Shown here in pieces: positions 18,242 to 26,089 of a stretch of 30,900 nt of DNA. The stretch is from a virus (Duplodnaviria; Caudoviricetes), in IMG/VR virus record IMGVR_UViG_3300032243_000352, positions 1 to 30,900 of that record, one strand, 5' to 3'. How positions within the stretch are numbered: position 1 is the first letter of the stretch; every line of letters starts with the position of its first letter. The translations under genes were made by a program, and so were the position numbers. Under the pieces are notes generated by a model. The model did no database searches. It was given only the letters and a program-made list of their open reading frames with translations, and was not told the DNA's origin.

Positions 18242-18270
18242 GGACAAAGTTACAAAACATAACTTTGTCC
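18242..18270. repeat. 29-bp palindromic repeat, copy 7
   Basis: GGACAAAGTTAC AAAAC ATAACTTTGTCC. Confidence 0.95.
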
Positions 18271-18275
18271 GTTGA

Positions 18276-18569
18276 TTACTTGGTTGGGTTGTATGTGATT
18301 TCAAACGCAGGTTTTGGTATAACGCTTGGTTTGTCGAAACTGATATGCATATAGTCAACAACACCTTTTTTGTCGAACTTGCCTGCAATCCATTTGCCAT
18401 CTGCATCTTTTGATTGATACGCACGCAACACATCAATGCGTGATTGCAACACATCTCGTTGCTCGTGCGTGTAACGCTCGTGTATCAGACAGTCTGTGCC
18501 TGTTAAGCGATAGTTGATAACTGCAACAAGTGCAGTATTTTCGAATACGACAGTATTAGTATTAAGCAT
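18276..18569 (-). CDS. Hypothetical protein
   Basis: 97 aa with RBS AAAGGG. Confidence 0.65.
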   Translation of the reverse strand: MLNTNTVVFENTALVAVINYRLTGTDCLIHERYTHEQRDVLQSRIDVLRAYQSKDADGKWIAGKFDKKGVVDYMHISFDKPSVIPKPAFEITYNPTK

Positions 18570-18571
18570 GA

Positions 18572-18709
18572 TTAGCCCTTTCTGTTGATATAAAGTTTTG
18601 CATAGGAATTTGTATCGTTACCGATACGAACATGATTGATTGATACAGGAAACCACAACGGCAAACGCATCAATACCTTGAACACAACGCTATTTGTTTT
18701 GACTAACAT
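18572..18709 (-). CDS. Hypothetical protein, 45 aa
   Basis: Not in the ORF track. MLVKTNSVVFKVLMRLPLWFPVSINHVRIGNDTNSYAKLYINRKG, with GGAGG RBS. Confidence 0.6.
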   Translation of the reverse strand: MLVKTNSVVFKVLMRLPLWFPVSINHVRIGNDTNSYAKLYINRKG

Positions 18710-18726
18710 AAAACCTCCAAGATGGT

Positions 18727-18755
18727 GGACAGAGTTACAAAACATAACTTTGTCC
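18727..18755. repeat. 29-bp palindromic repeat, copy 8
   Basis: GGACAGAGTTAC AAAAC ATAACTTTGTCC. Confidence 0.95.
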
Positions 18756-18794
18756 GATTAAACTACGAAAAAATTACCCCCGACTACTTATAGT

Positions 18795-18823
18795 AGTATA
18801 CCACAATCTGACACATAAGTCAA
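18795..18823 (-). promoter_or_regulatory. Sigma70-type early promoter
   Basis: TTGACT (18823-18818), 17 bp ending TGTGG (extended -10), TATACT (18800-18795). Confidence 0.75.
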
Positions 18824-18847
18824 TAGGGTGTCCGTCGGTTTGAGTTG

Positions 18848-19211
18848 CAAGTGCTTGATTCGTAAGGGTATTGCGTCGTTTATGGTCTTTGTTCTGTAAT
18901 GTTATTTGGGTTGGAACAATAGAAAAGGCCTGTAAGTCCTTGATTTAATTAGATTATTTATATATATATTATATAATGTTATATTGTTATATTGTTCAAA
19001 AAATTAAATATCGAGGCTATAAAATGTGTGGTGCTTAAGATTGGTGTGATTGCTAATCTTGTGGTGTTGCCCGTCTTTCAGATTCGTCCGAGTACTTTTC
19101 GAGGCAGAACATTGCGAACAATAGAACTCTTCTTTATAATCAATGACTTACGAAGAACATTACGCAGAACAATGGCGTCGCTTTCAGAACAGTACTAGTA
19201 GATATCTACTA
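18848..19211. other. Putative replication origin (AT-rich core, opposed short repeats, three IHF consensus sites)
   Basis: AT-rich 18946-19010, AWTGTTM repeats on the left, GAACAWT repeats on the right. WATCAAN4TTR at 18848-60, 18933-45 and 19138-50. Confidence 0.5.
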
Positions 19212-19222
19212 TAAAATAATCC

Positions 19223-19251
19223 TTGACAATTGCGTGTGCATAGTGCATACT
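19223..19251 (+). promoter_or_regulatory. Possible sigma70-type promoter with no downstream ORF
   Basis: TTGACA (19223-28), 17 bp, CATACT (19246-51). Confidence 0.45.
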
Positions 19252-19273
19252 GCATAGCAGTATGCAGTTAAAC

Positions 19274-19302
19274 GGACAAGGTTACATTGCGTAACTCTGT
19301 CC
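19274..19302. repeat. 29-bp palindromic repeat, copy 9
   Basis: GGACAAGGTTAC ATTGC GTAACTCTGTCC. Confidence 0.93.
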
Positions 19303-19401
19303 ACAAGGCTTAGGCGTCGCTTATGACCAGTTTCCCTATTAATATTAAAAAACGCTAGACAATCTAAAAAAATTAAGTTAAACTGACAACAGTTTAAGGG
19401 T

Positions 19402-19428
19402 AAAAAAAGGGCTTACCGAAGTAAGCCC
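19402..19428 (-). terminator. Rho-independent terminator
   Basis: Minus strand reads GGGCTTAC-TTCG-GTAAGCCC-TTTTTTT. Confidence 0.88.
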
Positions 19429-19448
19429 GTAAAGTAAAACTAAACTAC

Positions 19449-20126
19449 TTAAACTATTGCAGGAATTTCCTCTGGTTTATAGTTAAGCAAGGTTTCAATA
19501 ATCATATCTAAATCCATATGGTTATTGCAGTTACCTACTAACTCCTTAATTAATTTTTGTTTTTCTTTGTATTCATTAGCAATTGCTTTCTCTTCTGCTT
19601 TCTTTTTTGCTTCAATTGCTCTAAGGATTTTAGCACTCTCTTCGACGGCTTCTAGACTACCATTTGTTCTTAGGGCATCCACCTTGGAAGTTAATGCTTC
19701 AACAGATTCTTGCATTAATGCTTCTTTCTCAATTGTTGCCTTAGAGCGATTTTCTGCCTTTTTTACTGAATCGGGATTTGAAGTATCGGCAGGTTTCTCG
19801 ATTCCATACAATGCCTTTAATTCTTGAGAGAATCTGAACCATGCTTGTTTAATGGTATTATGTAACTTCGCACCGTTTTCGTACAACGGGATTCTTTTAG
19901 TTTCTGCATATCCCTTGCAAAATGCTAATCTTCCCTCTTCCCAACGAGCATGAGATAAAACCATTTTTTGAGTTACATAAACCAACTGATAGAAAGATTC
20001 TAATGCTTTCTCTCTATCAAGGTCAGACTCGGCTAAAGTAGCACCGATAGAAATAAAAGACGCCGTGTCTTCATTAGATAAGACAGACTGAACAGCAACA
20101 GCAACAACAGTTTTTTTGCTAGACAT
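19449..20126 (-). CDS. Hypothetical protein, monocistronic, C-terminal coiled coil
   Basis: Likely start MSSKK at 20126 after GGAG. Has its own promoter and terminator. Confidence 0.75.
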   Translation of the reverse strand: MSSKKTVVAVAVQSVLSNEDTASFISIGATLAESDLDREKALESFYQLVYVTQKMVLSHARWEEGRLAFCKGYAETKRIPLYENGAKLHNTIKQAWFRFSQELKALYGIEKPADTSNPDSVKKAENRSKATIEKEALMQESVEALTSKVDALRTNGSLEAVEESAKILRAIEAKKKAEEKAIANEYKEKQKLIKELVGNCNNHMDLDMIIETLLNYKPEEIPAIV

Positions 20127-20183
20127 AATAAACTCCAATTAATTAAACTACTTGTTAACTCCTTGTTACTAGCGAGTGAATAC

Positions 20184-20211
20184 AGTTTACCACAATATCC
20201 CACTATGTCAA
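20184..20211 (-). promoter_or_regulatory. Sigma70-type promoter
   Basis: TTGACA (20211-20206), 16 bp ending ATTGTGG, TAAACT (20189-20184). The ATTGTGG is shared with the 18795 promoter. Confidence 0.7.
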
Positions 20212-20219
20212 CAAATATT

Positions 20220-20248
20220 GGACAAAGTTACATAATATAACTTTGTCT
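20220..20248. repeat. 29-bp palindromic repeat, copy 10
   Basis: GGACAAAGTTAC ATAAT ATAACTTTGTCT, 8 bp upstream of the -35. Confidence 0.92.
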
Positions 20249-20264
20249 GTAAAATACCCTTATA

Positions 20265-20277
20265 AATCAAGTACTTA
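20265..20277 (+). promoter_or_regulatory. IHF consensus site
   Basis: AATCAAGTACTTA matches WATCAAN4TTR. Confidence 0.5.
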
Positions 20278-20563
20278 CGGGCCATACCCTTGTTACTAGG
20301 CATATCTAGGGGATTCGATACCCCATACCCCAAAGATCGACCATATAGACTACGGCCTCTATACACAATGAAATGCACAGTCGATACCAAGTTTTCAAAA
20401 CCCCCCCGTCATGTTTTTGTTTCGCAATACCCCACCCCCATATATAATTTGCAGCAAGACGTACTAAACCTATTCTATGCGCAAGGCCCCCATGATAAAA
20501 AGGTACCCGGCAAAATAAAAAATAATGTATACTCTAGACATACTTAACCCACAAAAAGGTTAT

Positions 20564-21175
20564 ATGCCTGTGCAAATAGAGCCAACAGCAGAACATAAAC
20601 TGCAATCACACCAACGAGACGCGTCTATGAAAGACGTATCTGACCACGCCCGTGTAATGGGCAACACTGCACTCCTACTTCAAGAGCTCGGCGATAACCG
20701 AACAATAGACTTATCCCCCCAAGAAAACCTGCAAGCTATCGAGATGTTCAAAAGACTAGGCAAAAAGCCCAGTACTAAGGTAGAAGAACAGCAAGCTAAG
20801 GAAACAGTAAAGGTGCCAGCAGTTGCATTAGCCCTTGGAAGGTACTTAAGTGAGTACGAAAAGCAAGTAATTCAGGACAAAGTGCAGGTACGAACGGTGG
20901 TTATGAACCGTTTAATGGAAATTTCGCAGGACGAAGATAGTAAAACTGCCCTAAAAGCGCTTGAATTGCTAGGAAAAGCATCAGATTTGTTCACAGAACG
21001 TTCAGAAATCACCATTACGCACCAAAGTTCCGACGAATTAAAGGCTGCACTACGTGAAAAAATCAAAATCTTAATGGAATTAAACACAATAGATGCAACT
21101 CCTAAGTCAACAAAACTAACAAATCAGCTAAATAACGATTTTATAGACGTGGAATCGCATGACGACGACAGTTGA
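20564..21175 (+). CDS. Putative terminase small subunit
   Basis: Directly upstream of terL, helical, with ALKALELLGK motif. Likely start 20564 after AAAGGT. Confidence 0.6.
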   Translation: MPVQIEPTAEHKLQSHQRDASMKDVSDHARVMGNTALLLQELGDNRTIDLSPQENLQAIEMFKRLGKKPSTKVEEQQAKETVKVPAVALALGRYLSEYEKQVIQDKVQVRTVVMNRLMEISQDEDSKTALKALELLGKASDLFTERSEITITHQSSDELKAALREKIKILMELNTIDATPKSTKLTNQLNNDFIDVESHDDDS

Positions 21176-22700
21176 AACGTTATCCAACGCAGAACTGCAA
21201 CATTTAGAGTCAAATCTAGATAAATTGACCGAAGCGCAGATGCGCTCACTATTAGAACATTTAAGTAGTACAGTAAACGCCAAAGGCAAAGAGAATTGCC
21301 AAGAAAACTTTATGGACTTTGTACATAAAGTCTGGCCCCACTTCATTGACGGAGATCATCATGCAAAAATGGCTGCAGCTTTTGAGAAAGTTGCTCGAGG
21401 AGAGTGTAAACGGCTTATTATTAATATGCCTCCACGGCATACTAAGTCTGAATTTGCTTCTTACTTATTGCCTGCTTGGTTCTTGGGTAAATTTCCAGAA
21501 AAAAAAGTTATCCAAACTTCTCACACCGCAGAGCTTGCTGTTGGATTTGGCCGAAAAGTCAGGAACCTTGTCGATTCGGACTTGTATAAGTCTATATTCC
21601 CAGGTGTTGGATTGCAGTCTGATAGTAAAGCAGCTGGACGGTGGGCGACTAACCAGAACGGAGACTATTTTGCTATCGGTACTGGCGGCGCTGTCACAGG
21701 AAAAGGCGCGGATATCCTCATCATTGACGATCCTCACTCAGAACAAGAAGCAACCTTAGCAGAATCAAACCCCGAAGTTTACGACAAGGTCTACGAGTGG
21801 TATACCTCCGGACCAAGACAGCGTCTGCAACCGGGCGGCGCTATTATTATAGTTATGACCCGTTGGTCAAAGAAAGATCTAACCGGGCAAGTAGTTAAAG
21901 CTGCCGCTCAGCGTTCGGGCGAGAATTGGGAAGTTATAGATTTTCCGGCAATTATGCCTTCGGGTTTACCCTTATGGCCTGAGTTCTGGAGTTTAGAAGA
22001 ACTAACTGCACTTAAGAATGAGTTGCCTAGCGGTAAGTGGATGGCGCAGTATATGCAACAGCCAACCTCCGATGTGTCAGCTATTATTAAACGAGAGTGG
22101 TGGAAATGGTGGGATGATGAAAATCCACCGGAAATTAACTTTATTATTCAGTCTTGGGATACGGCGTTCCTTAAAACGGAGCGGTCAGACTATTCAGCAT
22201 GTACAACATGGGGCGTATTTTATCTAGTAAACTCGGTTACAAAGAAGGAAGATGCTAATATAATCTTGCTTAATAGTTTTAAAAAGCGGATGGAGTTCCC
22301 TGAGCTTAAAATGCGTGCTGTTGAAGAATGGAAAGAATGGGAACCTGACTCAATAATTATTGAGAAAAAAGCATCGGGTGCGCCACTTATTTTTGAGCTC
22401 CGCAAGATGGGAATACCTGTACAAGAGGTTGAAGTTAACCGTGGTAATGACAAAGTATCTAGATTAAATGCAGTAGCGGATATATTTGCTAGTGGCAAAG
22501 TGTGGGTTCCATATACACACTGGGCTGAAGAAGTAGTTGAAGAGGTTGCAAGTTTCCCGTCAGGCGAGCATGATGACTTGGTGGATTCAACCTCACAGGC
22601 AATAATGCGGTTTAGACGTGGTGGGTTTATTGTGTTGGACACAGATGAACCAGATGATGTTGTTTACTTTAAGTCTCGTAGGAATAAAGGATATTACTAA
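21159..22700 (+). CDS. terL: Terminase large subunit
   Basis: NMPPRHTKS (Walker A), ILIIDDPH (Walker B), MTRW, QSWDTA and HDDLVDS nuclease motifs. Confidence 0.95.
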   Translation: MTTTVETLSNAELQHLESNLDKLTEAQMRSLLEHLSSTVNAKGKENCQENFMDFVHKVWPHFIDGDHHAKMAAAFEKVARGECKRLIINMPPRHTKSEFASYLLPAWFLGKFPEKKVIQTSHTAELAVGFGRKVRNLVDSDLYKSIFPGVGLQSDSKAAGRWATNQNGDYFAIGTGGAVTGKGADILIIDDPHSEQEATLAESNPEVYDKVYEWYTSGPRQRLQPGGAIIIVMTRWSKKDLTGQVVKAAAQRSGENWEVIDFPAIMPSGLPLWPEFWSLEELTALKNELPSGKWMAQYMQQPTSDVSAIIKREWWKWWDDENPPEINFIIQSWDTAFLKTERSDYSACTTWGVFYLVNSVTKKEDANIILLNSFKKRMEFPELKMRAVEEWKEWEPDSIIIEKKASGAPLIFELRKMGIPVQEVEVNRGNDKVSRLNAVADIFASGKVWVPYTHWAEEVVEEVASFPSGEHDDLVDSTSQAIMRFRRGGFIVLDTDEPDDVVYFKSRRNKGYY

Positions 22701-22963
22701 TGGCTACTCAAAAATTCATGGGAAAAGGGCAACTAATAGAAAGACTGACCGCCCAAATTGGAGATAGAGATTCAGCTATAAAGGTATTACAAGATAGAGG
22801 GCATTTAAAAGCTGATGGCAAAACATTCACGGCTGAAGGTATGAAACGCAACAATATGACCGCTGAACAACGCGCAATAGATAGGGCGACTAAAAAATCT
22901 GGACATGCAGCTACTGCATATAAATACGACCCTAAAACAAATAGAGCTAAATTAAAAGGATAA
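22700..22963 (+). CDS. Basic hypothetical protein
   Basis: 87 aa, TAATG coupled, between terL and portal. Confidence 0.65.
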   Translation: MATQKFMGKGQLIERLTAQIGDRDSAIKVLQDRGHLKADGKTFTAEGMKRNNMTAEQRAIDRATKKSGHAATAYKYDPKTNRAKLKG

Positions 22964-22966
22964 GTT

Positions 22967-25507
22967 ATGGCAATGGATAAAGGACTATACGCAGCACCGC
23001 AAGGTATCGCTGCTATTAATAACGACGATGAACCAGACTTAGAAATAACAATTGAGGATCCGGAATCAGTCGATATCTCCGCAGATGGAGAATCTTTACT
23101 CCATATGGAGAAGGGCGAAGAAGACGAGGGGTTTGACGACAACCTTGCTGAGTATCTAGACGACGGAACATTAACCCAGTTAGCTAGTGATTTAATGTCA
23201 GATTTTGATGACGATATATCATCTCGCAAAGATTGGATGCAAACTTATGTTGATGGCTTAGAGCTTCTTGGCATGAAAATTGAAGAACGCTCAGAACCTT
23301 GGGAAGGTGCCTGTGGTGTATATCATCCACTATTAAGTGAAGCCCTTGTAAAGTTCCAAGCTGAAATGATCATGGAAACGATGCCGCCAAGAGGCCCAGC
23401 TAGGATGGAAATCATCGGCAAAGAAACACCTGAAAAGATGGACGCTGCTCAACGTGTTGAAGATGACATGAACTACCAGATTATGGACGTGATGGTTGAG
23501 TATCGTGCAGAACACGAGCGTATGTTATGGGGCTTAGGTTTATCCGGTAATGCATTTAAGAAAGTGTATGAAGATCCGCATTTGGGCAGACAAGTTTCTA
23601 TGTTTTGTCCAGCGGAGGATGTTGTAGTACCTTATGGAGTTTCAAGTTTAGAGTCAAGCCCACGTGTTACGCACGTAATGCGTAAGACAGAAAACGATCT
23701 AAAACGCCTACAGTATTCAGGTTTCTACCTAGATGTTGAGTTAGGTGAGCCAGCGAATACACTAGACGAAGTAGAGAAGCGGATTGCGGAACAAATGGGA
23801 TTCCGTGCTACTACTGATGACCGCTATAAATTACTCGAGATGCACGTTGACCTTGATCTTGAAGGCTTTGAAGATGAAGAAGATGGTGAAGTAACCGGAC
23901 TTGCTTTGCCTTACGTGGTTACTATTGAAAAAGGCACTAAAAAAGTATTGTCCATTCGTAGAAATTGGAAACAAGATGATAAAAATAGACTTAAACGCAA
24001 TCACTTTGTACATTACCCGTATATCCCAGGATTTGGGTTCTACGCTTTTGGGCTTATTCATCTTATTGGCGCTTTCGCTAAGTCTGGCACTTCCCTTATA
24101 CGTCAGCTGGTCGACGCTGGAACATTATCTAACTTGCCCGGTGGTTTCAAGACACGTGGTCTGCGAGTTAAAGGTGATGACACGCCAATAGCCCCAGGCG
24201 AGTTCCGTGATGTTGATGTACCTAGTGGCGCAATGAAAGACAACATTATGCCGCTTCCGTACAAGGAGCCAAGCCAAGTTTTAATGGCGTTGTTAGGTCA
24301 AATTGTTGAAGATGGTCGTCGTTTTGCTAATACAGCAGACTTACAAGTTGCAGATATGGGCTCTGCTGGAGCACCGGTTGGTACAACTTTAGCTATTCTT
24401 GAGCGTACGTTAAAAGTTATGACGGCAGTTCAGGCACGCATACATTACTCAATGAAACAAGAATTACGTCTGTTAAAAGACATTATTGAGGAAAACTGCC
24501 CTGAAGAAGCTTCGTATGCTTACGAACCACAAGTTGGTAATCGCAAAGCTAAAAAAGCTGACTATGCTCTAGTAACGGTTATTCCGGTCAGTGACCCTAA
24601 CGCCGCAACAATGTCTCAAAAGATTGTGCAGTATCAAGCAGTTTTACAGTTAGCACAACAAGCCCCACAGCTATATAACATGGCTCAGTTACACCGCCAG
24701 ATGTTGGCAGTTCTTGGTATTAAGAATGCGCAGAAACTTGTGATGCTAGACGAGGACAGGAAACCACAAGATCCGGTTAGCGAGAATCAACATCTTATGA
24801 TGAGTAAACCAGTAAAAGCGTTCTTGTACCAAGACCATGAAGCTCATATATCAGTGCATATGTCAGCGGCGCAAGACCCCAAAATACTCGGATTGTTATC
24901 ACAAAACCCACAAGCAAAAGCAATCGAAGCTGCTATGGCAGCTCACGTGACTGAGCATCTTGCACTTGCATACCGTAAGAAAATGGAACAAATGATGGGT
25001 ATGGACTTACCGCTTGACCCAGATAACGAGGATGACGAAACAGAAATCCCACGTGAGATGGAAGTGCGTATTTCACAAATGGCGGCGCAAGCAGCTCAGC
25101 AAATGTTACAAAAGCATCAAGGCGAAGAGCAACAACAAAAAGCTCAGCAAATGCAACAAGATCCGCTTATCCAACTTCAACAGCAAGAGTTACAGCTTAA
25201 AGGCCAAGAAGTTGAGATTAAGAAAACTCAGCAAAAGATTGATGCAGCCTCCAAAGCCGATCAGCTTGCAATTGAGCGCGAGCGCATTGCTTCACAAGAA
25301 CGCATTGCTGGGTTGAACGCTGGGATTAAAGTAGAAGATAGTAAACGGAAGCTTTCTGCGCAACAACAATCAGAAGGTCTACGCATAGGCGTTGATGTTG
25401 CTAAACACAAAGCAGATTTAGCCCATCAAGGTCGACAGTTAGCACAAACAGGGGCCTTTCAATCTAGGCAGCAAGATCAAACCAAACAAAAAAAGGATAA
25501 CAAATGA
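22967..25507 (+). CDS. Portal protein (podovirus type, long helical C-terminus)
   Basis: 846 aa after terL, acidic N-terminus, FYAFGLIHLIG, Gln-rich coiled-coil tail. Confidence 0.85.
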   Translation: MAMDKGLYAAPQGIAAINNDDEPDLEITIEDPESVDISADGESLLHMEKGEEDEGFDDNLAEYLDDGTLTQLASDLMSDFDDDISSRKDWMQTYVDGLELLGMKIEERSEPWEGACGVYHPLLSEALVKFQAEMIMETMPPRGPARMEIIGKETPEKMDAAQRVEDDMNYQIMDVMVEYRAEHERMLWGLGLSGNAFKKVYEDPHLGRQVSMFCPAEDVVVPYGVSSLESSPRVTHVMRKTENDLKRLQYSGFYLDVELGEPANTLDEVEKRIAEQMGFRATTDDRYKLLEMHVDLDLEGFEDEEDGEVTGLALPYVVTIEKGTKKVLSIRRNWKQDDKNRLKRNHFVHYPYIPGFGFYAFGLIHLIGAFAKSGTSLIRQLVDAGTLSNLPGGFKTRGLRVKGDDTPIAPGEFRDVDVPSGAMKDNIMPLPYKEPSQVLMALLGQIVEDGRRFANTADLQVADMGSAGAPVGTTLAILERTLKVMTAVQARIHYSMKQELRLLKDIIEENCPEEASYAYEPQVGNRKAKKADYALVTVIPVSDPNAATMSQKIVQYQAVLQLAQQAPQLYNMAQLHRQMLAVLGIKNAQKLVMLDEDRKPQDPVSENQHLMMSKPVKAFLYQDHEAHISVHMSAAQDPKILGLLSQNPQAKAIEAAMAAHVTEHLALAYRKKMEQMMGMDLPLDPDNEDDETEIPREMEVRISQMAAQAAQQMLQKHQGEEQQQKAQQMQQDPLIQLQQQELQLKGQEVEIKKTQQKIDAASKADQLAIERERIASQERIAGLNAGIKVEDSKRKLSAQQQSEGLRIGVDVAKHKADLAHQGRQLAQTGAFQSRQQDQTKQKKDNK

Positions 25508-25692
25508 ACCCACTTGACGTTTTAGTACAACAGATAAACGACAAAACAATGCAGCTACAAGAAGCGTTAGCATCGGGGAGAGTGGATACATTCGATGAGT
25601 ACAGAAAAGTGTGTGGTGAGATACGGGGTCTGCTAACTGCACGGCAATACGCATTAGACCTTAAACAACTAATGGAGAAGTCAGATGACTAA
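25504..25692 (+). CDS. Small hypothetical head-module protein
   Basis: 62 aa, ATGA coupled, YRKVCGEIRGL. Confidence 0.7.
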   Translation: MNPLDVLVQQINDKTMQLQEALASGRVDTFDEYRKVCGEIRGLLTARQYALDLKQLMEKSDD

Positions 25693-26089
25693 CCTAGATC
25701 AAGCAGTAGATTTAACTCCGCTTTTACATAGGAAAGCGAAAGAAAAAGAAACGGCAACACAATTGCCTAAACCACAAGGCTACAGAATCTTGTGTGCAAT
25801 ACCGGAAGCAGAAAAAACTTTTGATGGCTCCTTACTCGAGAAAGCAGATATTACATTGCACCACGAGGAAGTTTTAACAACAGTATTGTTCGTTGTTGAT
25901 CTTGGGGCAGATTGCTATAAAGATGAGAAGAAGTTTCCTACAGGACCGTGGTGTAAACAAGGCGATTTTATCCTAGTAAGACCCAACGCAGGTACTAGGT
26001 TGGTAATACATGGGCGAGAGTTCCGTCTAATTAATGACGACAGTGTTGAAGCTGTTGTTGATGATCCACGTGGCATTAGGAGAAAATAA
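25685..26089 (+). CDS. groES: GroES-like co-chaperonin
   Basis: PKPQGYRILC, VVDLG, KQGDFILV and GTRLVIHGREFRLINDDSVEAVV follow the Cpn10 pattern. Confidence 0.8.
   Translation: MTNLDQAVDLTPLLHRKAKEKETATQLPKPQGYRILCAIPEAEKTFDGSLLEKADITLHHEEVLTTVLFVVDLGADCYKDEKKFPTGPWCKQGDFILVRPNAGTRLVIHGREFRLINDDSVEAVVDDPRGIRRK

Noticed and set aside
18221-18454. N-terminal extension of the 149-aa ORF 18005..18454
   Set aside because: It overlaps gene 18276-18569 and crosses a repeat. The RBS supports a start at 18220.
18992-19198. 68-aa plus-strand ORF
   Set aside because: TTG start with no RBS. Its RT repeats simply translate the GAACA DNA repeats.
9389-20248. The 29-bp repeats as a CRISPR array, with the Cas4-like nuclease as a cas gene
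   Set aside because: The intervals are 0.5-2.2 kb and contain genes. The nuclease is a standard replication-module exonuclease and no other cas genes are present.
9389-20248. Repeats as integron attC or lox/dif-type recombinase sites
   Set aside because: Spacers differ between copies, the GTT/AAC order is opposite to attC, there are no extrahelical bases, and no recombinase is in the window. Not fully excluded.
20208-20547. ORFs 20208..20390 (-) and 20290..20547 (+)
   Set aside because: No RBS or recognisable protein features. They lie over promoter, IHF and repeat sites.
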